Below are positions 48,723-57,009 of a stretch of 64,000 nt of DNA, piece by piece; the stretch's first letter is position 1, and each line of letters begins with the position of its first letter. Where the stretch lies: positions 1,255 through 65,254 of the forward strand of contig SHMU01000001.1 in assembly GCA_008080765.1 (NCBI GenBank). Direction: 5' to 3'. Made by a program: the position numbers and the translations under genes. The notes under the pieces are model-generated. The model was not told the origin of the DNA and ran no database searches. It saw only the letters and a list, made by a program, of their open reading frames with translations. This DNA comes from Promethearchaeota archaeon. GTDB taxonomy: Archaea > Asgardarchaeota > Lokiarchaeia > Sigyniarchaeales > SOKP01.

Positions 48723-49247
48723 ATGTATAAAAAATATTTGTATTGTTTTTTTAACAACATTTTAGAGTTTGATAAGGCTCTCTCGGCTGTGACTAGTTAT
48801 CGCTTCCTAATATTCCAAAGTTATTTCCTCTTATTAAAGTCGATTCAATGCAATGATACAACCATAACCGCCACGCCAGAGCAGCCTCTATTTGGATTCT
48901 GCGTCTCCATCAGTAAATCCTTTCCCGAAAAACGCTCCCCAGAGGAGGTGGACAAGGATGTTGAAAAGGTTTGCAATTGGGAGTTTTTTACCGACAAATC
49001 GAGAGGGAATTTCATCTGCACAATGGAAGCGATAGAGAATTATTTCGCTTCTAAATACCCATATCCCAGCCCTTTAAAACAAGATTTTGCAAATTATTTT
49101 GATACCGCCAGCAAAGTAATAAAATACGCCTATGAAAAGGGCATTTTTACTATGGACTCTATTCCCGACGACTTTAAATCTGCTATTAAGGCTGCCATTA
49201 AACTGGGTTCTTTTCCTGTTATTGATATGGACAAGCTTGCTACATAA
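48723..49247 (+). CDS. hypothetical protein, 174 aa (orphan directly downstream of the giant ORF)
   Basis: ORF track only; no recognisable motif. The true start may be internal. Last gene of the inserted block. Confidence 0.4.
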   Translation: MYKKYLYCFFNNILEFDKALSAVTSYRFLIFQSYFLLLKSIQCNDTTITATPEQPLFGFCVSISKSFPEKRSPEEVDKDVEKVCNWEFFTDKSRGNFICTMEAIENYFASKYPYPSPLKQDFANYFDTASKVIKYAYEKGIFTMDSIPDDFKSAIKAAIKLGSFPVIDMDKLAT

Positions 49248-49648
49248 GATTATTTTTTATTGGTCATTTTTTCTCAAATTAAATATACTAATTTAAATGC
49301 ATTAGTGTCGGGAGAGTTAAGATTTTTTATGACACCATATTATTCCAATCATCTCAATTTTTATTTAGTTTTCATTCATCAATAAATAATTTATGCAAAT
49401 TTAAGAACAGATCTTAACCATACATAGATATAATTAGATAATACCTTTATTTTGTTCTTTTACTATACAGCAGTATTTCAATAATTCTACAATTTATCTT
49501 CATTTAAATTCTCTCAACGCATATCTATCATAACCTTAAGAAAGAATAAGAGATCCAAATAATAAAAAGGTTTTAGATTATATGCAATAAAAATTAGAAA
49601 AAATAAAAAAAATACAATCAAGACCTAAAGTCGTTCTTTCTAAGAGAA

Positions 49649-50050
49649 TTACTTTTTTAGATTATTTTGTATAAAGTCAATGATTTGGGAAGTCATAGTG
49701 CCGGGACCGTAGACGTTTGCCACACCCATAGCCTTTAGTTCTTTAAAATCCTGGGCTGGAATGACTCCTCCTATCAATACCATAAACTCATCTTTTACCC
49801 CCTTTTCCTCTAATTTATCCATGAGCTTTTTAACCCAATTTTTATGCGCGCCCGAATGTATACTAAGTCCTATAATATCCACATCTTCATGAATAGCAGT
49901 TTCCACTATTTGGTCAATATTTTGAAATCCACCAAAAATTAATTCCATACCAGCATCACGTAATGCTCTTGAGACCACTATACCTCCTCGCCAATGACCA
50001 TCTATACCGGGTTTTGACATCAATACCCTAATTTTCTTTTCTTGTTGCAT
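49649..50050 (-). CDS. methylmalonyl-CoA mutase small subunit (B12-binding domain)
   Basis: KIRVLMSKPGIDGHWRGG (DxHxxG B12-binding motif), IIGLSIHSGAH and VLIGGVIP. Start taken at MQQEKK (50050), 17 nt after the large-subunit stop. Confidence 0.9.
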   Translation of the reverse strand: MQQEKKIRVLMSKPGIDGHWRGGIVVSRALRDAGMELIFGGFQNIDQIVETAIHEDVDIIGLSIHSGAHKNWVKKLMDKLEEKGVKDEFMVLIGGVIPAQDFKELKAMGVANVYGPGTMTSQIIDFIQNNLKK

Positions 50051-50067
50051 ATCTCTCACCTGAAATC

Positions 50068-51729
50068 TTAAATTGCTAAAGGTGGCTCCCAAATTCCATA
50101 AATTTCTCTATAAATATCGCATATCTCTCCGACTGTTGCACCTTCTTTGGTAGCCTCCATCATTACAGGCATAACATTCTCCTCTTTTTCAAGGACTTTT
50201 CGGAGTTTATCAAAGATCGACTCTAATTTGGCATTATCACGTTTTTTCTTCAGCGTTTTGATTCGCTCCACTTCAATCTTCATCGCTTCCTCATTTGTGC
50301 GAAATACATCAGTCACATCATCGTATGGAACAGGATATTTATTAACCCCAATACTTATCTCCTCTCCTTTTTCCATTCGTCTCTGGCGTTTATGAAAAGC
50401 ATCTCGCATTTCTTTATATAACCACCCAGTTGAAAGTGCTTTGTCTATCGAACCAGTTCTTTCGATTTCCTCAATATAATCCCATACACGCTCTTCGATC
50501 TCATCAGTAAGCCATTCTACATAATAGGAACCTGCTAAGGGATCTACAGTGTTTACTATACGCGTCTCATCAGAGATCACTTGCTGTGTGCGAAGGGCAA
50601 TTAAAGCAGCCTCCTTTGAGGGAAGACATATTGCTTCATCATAGGAATTTGTATGTAAAGATTGACATCCTCCTAATGTGGCTTCTAATGCTTGGATCGT
50701 AGTCCTGATAATATTTATTTTGGGTAATTGTGCAGTTAAAGAACTTCCGGCGGTTTGTACATGAAATCTAAATTGCATGGAGCGGGGATCTTGAGCATCG
50801 TAGCGATCTTTCATTAATTTCGCCCATATCCTTCTTGCCGCTCTATATTTTGCGATCTCTTCAAAAAAATCCTTATGTGCAGATAAATGAAAAGCTAGTC
50901 GATTTACAAAATCATCTACCGTCCAGCCCCTGGCGATTATATTCTCAATATGAGAACAAGCACTTGCAAAGACAAAACCTAATTCTTGAACGGCATCTAT
51001 TCCTCCTTCCCGATAATTATATCCAGTAAAATTTATAGGATGCCATTTAGGAACATTACCCATAGGTACTGTCCATTCAATAAAATCGCATGCCAATCGA
51101 AGCAAATGATTTGGAGGTACATTTTTATAGGGAATATATCCCACCGTCATGGTCAAAATATCATTTTGAGTGGTTCCCATTAAATTTCGAATGTCATAGC
51201 CTTTCATTTTTGCCATATTGAAATACATCGAGCATACGGGAGCTGAAGTAAAGGGTTCTACAACGAGCGCAACACTGATTTTGTCAATAGGGATATCTTT
51301 GGTAAGCGCAAACATGCTATCTATACAGTATAAGGGCACTCCAGATGTCCCAACTTCTGCTGCACCATCCTCATTTGTAGGGTCAATTCCATTAAAGGTT
51401 AGTGCATCAACCGCTGCGCTAAAACCTGTCTCTCCATGTTTATATAAAAACTTCCATCGCTCATTCGTTTCTTCGGGAGTACCATGTCCCGAAAATAAAC
51501 GCATCGTCCATACACGCCCTCTATACATGTTGGGATAAGGTCCTCGAGTATATGGAGGCTGTCCTGGAAATCCTACCTTTTCTGTATATTCTCCCTTCAC
51601 ATCTAAAGGGGTATATAAACGTTTCACGGGGATTCCAGAATCGGTTTTAAACTCAATATCTCGCTCGCGAGCCTTTTCAAATTTCTTTTCCCAATTTTCT
51701 CGTTCTCTCTTAATTTTCTCAACGTCCAT
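50068..51729 (-). CDS. methylmalonyl-CoA mutase large (catalytic) subunit
   Basis: FPGQPPYTRGPYPNMYRGRVWTMRLFSGHG, FSAAVDALT, HVQTAGSSLTAQ and NIIRTTIQALEATLGG are canonical MCM blocks. Start at MDVEKIK (51729). Confidence 0.9.
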   Translation of the reverse strand: MDVEKIKRERENWEKKFEKARERDIEFKTDSGIPVKRLYTPLDVKGEYTEKVGFPGQPPYTRGPYPNMYRGRVWTMRLFSGHGTPEETNERWKFLYKHGETGFSAAVDALTFNGIDPTNEDGAAEVGTSGVPLYCIDSMFALTKDIPIDKISVALVVEPFTSAPVCSMYFNMAKMKGYDIRNLMGTTQNDILTMTVGYIPYKNVPPNHLLRLACDFIEWTVPMGNVPKWHPINFTGYNYREGGIDAVQELGFVFASACSHIENIIARGWTVDDFVNRLAFHLSAHKDFFEEIAKYRAARRIWAKLMKDRYDAQDPRSMQFRFHVQTAGSSLTAQLPKINIIRTTIQALEATLGGCQSLHTNSYDEAICLPSKEAALIALRTQQVISDETRIVNTVDPLAGSYYVEWLTDEIEERVWDYIEEIERTGSIDKALSTGWLYKEMRDAFHKRQRRMEKGEEISIGVNKYPVPYDDVTDVFRTNEEAMKIEVERIKTLKKKRDNAKLESIFDKLRKVLEKEENVMPVMMEATKEGATVGEICDIYREIYGIWEPPLAI

Positions 51730-52558
51730 TTTTAACACGATTTCTAGAAATAAAATCTTTATTTCCAATTATAATTAAAACATATAATACTTTATGATTG
51801 TAAAAAGGTATAATTGCTTTTCTATTTTTATATAATAATAAGTGATAGATGCACCTCAATTTATATAGTAGATAATCATTAGAGCAATTCATAGATATAA
51901 ATATTCGAAAAAACAAAATCATTTCGAGTGTGTTTTTAAAATATTATCTCTATTAATGTGATTAATCATTATTTGAAACATATACAAAATCAATGAAATT
52001 GATTTTACAAGGAGTAATCTCTGCTGATATTAATGCTATTCAAAAGGGTATTGAAAATGTTCTATTTTCTTCAAAATTGAATAGAATAAACTGGTAAAAT
52101 CATTTAGCGGAACCAGAAATTATTATAAAATTAAAGGAAATACATAATGATTCTATAGATTGTATGTTGTTCTATCTTTCAATAATTTATTGCGATATTT
52201 TTGCTACTTTCGATTCGACATTTATAAATGAAATTAAGGGAAATAGTGAAATCTTAGCATGGATTAAATATGTAAACCCAAACTTACGTCTATGGATGAA
52301 TGATCTAAAAGATAAGAAAATTGTAAGTGTGGAATAAAAATTAGAGATCTCATATCATTTTCCCATCTCTAAAGAGATTATAGAGAATAATATTGATTAA
52401 AACAATTATAGAAAACGGGAATAATGAGGCAGAGAAATTAAAACTTATATTTTTTATTCATTTATGCATTTTAAAATCAGATATTTATATTATTGAGAAT
52501 TATCTGTATAAGAAAGAATTAAGTAATTTTATAATAATTATAACAAAAGGATTTTCAT

Positions 52559-53707
52559 ATGGATTTTCAATTATCAGATATGCATAAAATGGTCAGAAGA
52601 ACCACCAGAGAATTCGCTGAAGAGTACATTGCTCCCGTTGCAGCAGAAAGCGATCAGAAATCTCGCTTAGATCCTGAAGTGATGGAAGAGATGAAACGCA
52701 TGAAATTTTTCGGGGCAAGCATCCCCCAAGAATACGGTGGAGCAGGATTGGATACGCTTGGATTTGTCATTGCGACAGAAGAGATCGGCAGAATTGATGC
52801 TTCGTGGTCGATAACATTTGCAGTTCCCGCTTCTGTGTGTTCCTATCCCATTTATTTATTTGGAACAGAAGAACAAAAACGAAAATTCCTTCCTGCTTTG
52901 TCTTCGGGTGAAAAATTAGGGGCATTTGTGTTAACCGAAGCGAATGCTGGCTCTGATGCTCAAAGTGTACAACTCAGCGCAACAAAAGACGGAGATGAAT
53001 ACATCTTAAACGGCAGTAAAATCTTTGCTACTAATGGAGGCATTGCAAAAACGTTATTAGCAGTGACAACCACGGGAACAGTAGGAAGAAGAAAAGAGCT
53101 TACGATGTTTATCGTTGACACGGATACTCCGGGATATTCTGTAGGCGTAAGAGAGAAGAAGCTAGGTGTGAGAGCTTCCAATACATCTGAATTAGTATTT
53201 CAAGATGTCCGAGTTCCTGAGGAAAACATTTTGGGAAAACGAGGGGATGGATTCAAATTAACATTAGCCATCTTAGATTATGGAAGAATCTTGATGGCAG
53301 CTCAAATAGTAGGGTTAGGACAAGCGTGCTTAGAGAAATCGGTAAAATATGCCAATGAACGTGTTCAATTCGGCAGACCAATCGGAAGCTTCCAAGGAAT
53401 ACAATATAAAATTGCAGATATGGCAACTGAAATTGAAGCCTCTCGATTATTAACCTATAAAGCTGCCCATCTATGTGATATTGGACAAGATTATGGATTA
53501 ATAGGCTCAATGGCCAAGTTATATGCGTCCGAGGCCACTATGAGAGCAGCTCACCAAGCCGTGCAAATCCATGGCGCATATGGGCTTACCAAGTCATATG
53601 ACGTTGAAAGATACTTTCGAGACGCAAAAATGGCAGAAATATATGAGGGAACCTCGGAGATTCAGCGAATGGTCATCGGGAGTAGCATGCTTCGAAAATA
53701 TCAGTGA
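52559..53707 (+). CDS. acyl-CoA dehydrogenase (short/medium-chain type)
   Basis: GAFVLTEANAGSDA, FATNGG, QFGRPIGSFQGIQYKIADMAT and YEGTSEIQRMVI motifs. Confidence 0.9.
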   Translation: MDFQLSDMHKMVRRTTREFAEEYIAPVAAESDQKSRLDPEVMEEMKRMKFFGASIPQEYGGAGLDTLGFVIATEEIGRIDASWSITFAVPASVCSYPIYLFGTEEQKRKFLPALSSGEKLGAFVLTEANAGSDAQSVQLSATKDGDEYILNGSKIFATNGGIAKTLLAVTTTGTVGRRKELTMFIVDTDTPGYSVGVREKKLGVRASNTSELVFQDVRVPEENILGKRGDGFKLTLAILDYGRILMAAQIVGLGQACLEKSVKYANERVQFGRPIGSFQGIQYKIADMATEIEASRLLTYKAAHLCDIGQDYGLIGSMAKLYASEATMRAAHQAVQIHGAYGLTKSYDVERYFRDAKMAEIYEGTSEIQRMVIGSSMLRKYQ

Positions 53708-53804
53708 TTATATCACTCTCATTTTTCAAAAATTTTAATATAGAGTAATGAATTTTACATCATAATTAGATAATTTGTATTCTTATTGATAAAGTCTCTT
53801 GAAA

Positions 53805-54608
53805 ATGAAAATATTTGTATGTGTGAAACAAGTTCCTGCCGTGGAAAAAATTAAAATCGATCCCAAAACCAATTGCCTCATTAGAAAAGGGATTCCCTCG
53901 ATGATAAATCCCATGGATAAAAATGCAATTGAATTAGCAGTTCAATTAAAGGAAACCCATAACGCAGAGACTATTGGACTCACGATGGGACCGCCACAAG
54001 CTGAAGAGGTATTGCGACAAGCATTAGCGATGGGCATTGACGAGGCTTATTTATTAACCGATAGCAAATTCGCTGGGGCGGATACACTTGCGACTTCCTA
54101 TACCTTATCCTTGGCAATTAAAAAAATCTTGAAGCAAAAGAAAGTTGAGGAGGATTATTTAATTATTTGCGGCAATCAAGCCATTGATGGTGAAACAGGG
54201 CAGACAGGACCAGAATTAGCCGAAGAATTAGGAATCCCCCAAATTACCTATGTGGAAAATTTTCAGTTGCAGGGAAAAAAAGCCATAATTGAACGCTCCT
54301 TTATCTCAGAAGAAGTAGTAGTGATAGAAACAAAACTACCTTTACTCCTATCGGTAGTACGCGATTTAAATGACCCGAAATATCCTACGATGGCTGGAAT
54401 TGTTAATGCATATCATAAAGAGATTACCCATTGGAATGCTACCGATCTTTCTGCGGATAAAAAGAAAATAGGATTACCCGGGTCTAGAATAATTGTATGG
54501 AATCTATTTAGCCCCGAAAGAAAGGGAGAACTCACTTTGTTAGAAGGGACTCCGGAAAAAATATCTAAAGAACTCTGTGATTATCTACAAAAAGATAAGG
54601 TCTTATAG
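53805..54608 (+). CDS. etfB: electron transfer flavoprotein beta subunit
   Basis: MKIFVCVKQVPA ... NPMDKNAIELAV ... AGADTLATSY ... LIICGNQAIDGETGQTGP. Ends in TAG. Confidence 0.9.
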   Translation: MKIFVCVKQVPAVEKIKIDPKTNCLIRKGIPSMINPMDKNAIELAVQLKETHNAETIGLTMGPPQAEEVLRQALAMGIDEAYLLTDSKFAGADTLATSYTLSLAIKKILKQKKVEEDYLIICGNQAIDGETGQTGPELAEELGIPQITYVENFQLQGKKAIIERSFISEEVVVIETKLPLLLSVVRDLNDPKYPTMAGIVNAYHKEITHWNATDLSADKKKIGLPGSRIIVWNLFSPERKGELTLLEGTPEKISKELCDYLQKDKVL

Positions 54609-54857
54609 GACTATATATTGATGAAACAAAGTATTCGAGAAATACTTACTTTTTCTCTTTCATTAAATATATAATTCTATATAATTTGAGCAAAATCTGG
54701 CTTTTATAATTTAATATCTTATAATGTTTAAGATATTTGTAATTTTGATTCAAACTTATGTATTCAAGATGGAGAAAGTTGAACCTAATTCTTTTTATAT
54801 GATGATCATCATAATTTTAGTAATAATTTCATAAAAAACTATTGTGGTAAAACACAA

Positions 54858-54869
54858 TTCAAACGTGAA
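54858..54869 (+). promoter_or_regulatory. inverted-repeat motif TTCA-N4-TGAA (TTCAAACGTGAA) upstream of paralog A
   Basis: The same motif with one central change (TTCAATCGTGAA) occurs at 56970..56981 upstream of paralog B. Confidence 0.25.
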
Positions 54870-54874
54870 AAGAA

Positions 54875-56644
54875 ATGAAAATCACAAAAAAAACTGCATT
54901 CGCTTTAATGACTTCATTGATACTAGTATCTTTGTTCGCCACTTTTCCCGCTTCTTCGGGTGCACAAATTCCTTATCCACTTGCCGCTTCATCTATCCAA
55001 TCTTCACAAGAGTCTTTAAGCATTAAAGAAGAGTTCACAACTCGATTTGGGCATTATGTTGACGAGCCGTATTGGTCAATTATTTTTGATTTTGCAGGAG
55101 AAAAATTAGTCGAAGATTTCAACCCCGGTCCTTATAGTGGGGATGTTATTGGAGGTGAAGGAGAGACTGATAATGATACTCAAACAGATGCGAATTTCTA
55201 TATGGGATGGAATAATTTACAAAATGTTCATACCTATTATTTTGCTCTACAAAACTATACGTGGAATAGTACAGATCCAATAGCCTATGGTTGTGCTCCA
55301 TATCAATATTTCTTTCAACATTTTAATATTCCAACAACTAAGACTCATGTATTTACTTTAAATAAGTTTTTAGGTTTATTAGCATACCAAGATAACTTCA
55401 CTGCGGGGAATCAAACAATACCAGACGAAACAGACGAATTATATATAGGATGGACTCAATTTGGAGAATTCCATAAATTTATTATTAATTATATATTTAA
55501 TGTGTCTACTACTCCTGTTGATCCCTGGTTTCTTATTGACGAATCTAAGCAAGCTACAGCCACACCAATTGCAATGAATGAAACCTCTCCCGGAATATAC
55601 GAATTTGGAATTTCATACCAAAATATTTTTGTTCTCTGGCAAAAGCTAGAAGTCGAACAAGGATTAGGGTATGATAGTGTAGAATTGAGCCAAATTGTAA
55701 ACAATTGTAGCGCATTTGGTATGTTCTCAAGTATTAATTTTACTTTCCAAATTTCAAGCAGAAATGTAGGAGGATATCTTGAAGTAAATACCACTACTGA
55801 ATATGATATTGGAGAATTAGATGCATTATGGATTATGAATGAAAATGGTACTGATGTAAGTCCATTTGGAGGAGATAATTTTACTGTATCAATCCCCGGA
55901 GAAGGAAGTGTAGATATTGGATACTACAATACAAGCAGTTCTATCGCAAGTAGATTGGATGGAAATGAAAGTTTATCAGTTCCTGGGTTTGGACTTGCTG
56001 TTATCAATTCAGCAAACATCGCTGTAGTGAAAATGAAAAGCTTTACGCTATTTGGAATTGAATGGTTCCAATATCCGGATACTGAAGCATCTGGACTTGA
56101 AAACTTTACCGATCAAGCGGGAAATCCATTAGGAGAAGTCACAACAAATATAACTGAGGCGGGATATAACCAGTCTGGTATCAGAGTGTTTACTATAGAT
56201 TTTGCTTCAAAACCTAATTATACTCTGAATGGAACGGAAGAATTAGAAGCTCCCTCATTAGTATTGGCAAATGATCAAGTACTTACAGAGAATATTACTG
56301 GAATTTTTGATGAAGCTGCATTGCTCTCTACACTCTATTTTATTATAGCAGCAGCGGGTAATCCCATAACTGGTGTTTTTACTGGTATTGAAGTTATCAG
56401 ACAATTTATGGAAAATAGGTTCTACTATTTGACATGCTTTCCAAAATGGAGCGGGGCAACCATCAATCAAGATCCTACGTTCTCTGTGTTTGTACCTCCC
56501 AGCACTCCTGATTTTCCTTTGGAACTTCTTGGCGGAGACGGAGGTGGAGGCTTTCCTGTATGGATACTCCCAATTGTCTTTGGTGTCGGTATTGTGAGTG
56601 CTGCGGTAATTGGTATCATAATTTGGAGAAAGAAACGCAAATAA
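54875..56644 (+). CDS. surface glycoprotein-like protein, paralog A (589 aa): signal peptide, sequon-rich ectodomain, C-terminal TM plus basic tail
   Basis: MKITKKTAFALMTSLILVSLFATFPASSGA. 19 N-x-S/T sequons by hand count. C-terminus GGGGFPVWILPIVFGVGIVSAAVIGIIIWRKKRK. About half the residues are identical to paralog B in alignable blocks. Confidence 0.75.
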   Translation: MKITKKTAFALMTSLILVSLFATFPASSGAQIPYPLAASSIQSSQESLSIKEEFTTRFGHYVDEPYWSIIFDFAGEKLVEDFNPGPYSGDVIGGEGETDNDTQTDANFYMGWNNLQNVHTYYFALQNYTWNSTDPIAYGCAPYQYFFQHFNIPTTKTHVFTLNKFLGLLAYQDNFTAGNQTIPDETDELYIGWTQFGEFHKFIINYIFNVSTTPVDPWFLIDESKQATATPIAMNETSPGIYEFGISYQNIFVLWQKLEVEQGLGYDSVELSQIVNNCSAFGMFSSINFTFQISSRNVGGYLEVNTTTEYDIGELDALWIMNENGTDVSPFGGDNFTVSIPGEGSVDIGYYNTSSSIASRLDGNESLSVPGFGLAVINSANIAVVKMKSFTLFGIEWFQYPDTEASGLENFTDQAGNPLGEVTTNITEAGYNQSGIRVFTIDFASKPNYTLNGTEELEAPSLVLANDQVLTENITGIFDEAALLSTLYFIIAAAGNPITGVFTGIEVIRQFMENRFYYLTCFPKWSGATINQDPTFSVFVPPSTPDFPLELLGGDGGGGFPVWILPIVFGVGIVSAAVIGIIIWRKKRK

Positions 56645-56664
56645 TTTAAAAACTAATCTTCTTA

Positions 56665-56672
56665 TTTTTTTT
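56665..56672 (+). terminator. oligo-T tract (T8) after paralog A
   Basis: CTTATTTTTTTTATTT, 21 nt after the stop. Confidence 0.3.
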
Positions 56673-56969
56673 ATTTAGATTTTATATCAATTTTTTACTT
56701 CATTTTATTATTAGAGATCTTTTTTTGTAATTCATATTATTTCACATTCTTATAATATCTTCTTAGAAATGAGAAAAGTGTTAAGGGAAAACTGAGAGTT
56801 TTCTTAGAGTAGGTTTTTTAATTTTTTGTATTTTATTAATCTCTTGATTAGAGTTCCTTTTAATTGAGTTAATTCAATTCCAAAACTAATCTTATAAATT
56901 TTATCCCCATTCTTTTTATAAAGAGCTTTATTATAAGGTCTCAAGAAGTCTATTTAATTGAAAATAGAT

Positions 56970-56981
56970 TTCAATCGTGAA
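56970..56981 (+). promoter_or_regulatory. inverted-repeat motif TTCAATCGTGAA upstream of paralog B
   Basis: Counterpart of 54858..54869. Ends 28 nt before the ATG at 57010. Confidence 0.25.
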
Positions 56982-57009
56982 ATCAAATAAAAAATAAAAA
57001 GGAAAGATA

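Noticed and set aside
16533-49648. Calling the 33-kb block a mobile element or integrative island
   Set aside because: No integrase, transposase, tRNA target, terminal inverted repeats or identical direct repeats were found. The only flanking repeat (the mcmS C-terminus) is about 30 percent diverged at the nucleotide level. An insertion or rearrangement is inferred, but mobility is not demonstrated.
54844-55026. 60-aa ORF overlapping the start of paralog A
   Set aside because: It overlaps the signal-peptide-encoding 5' end of 54875..56644 in another frame. The paralog B locus has no counterpart.
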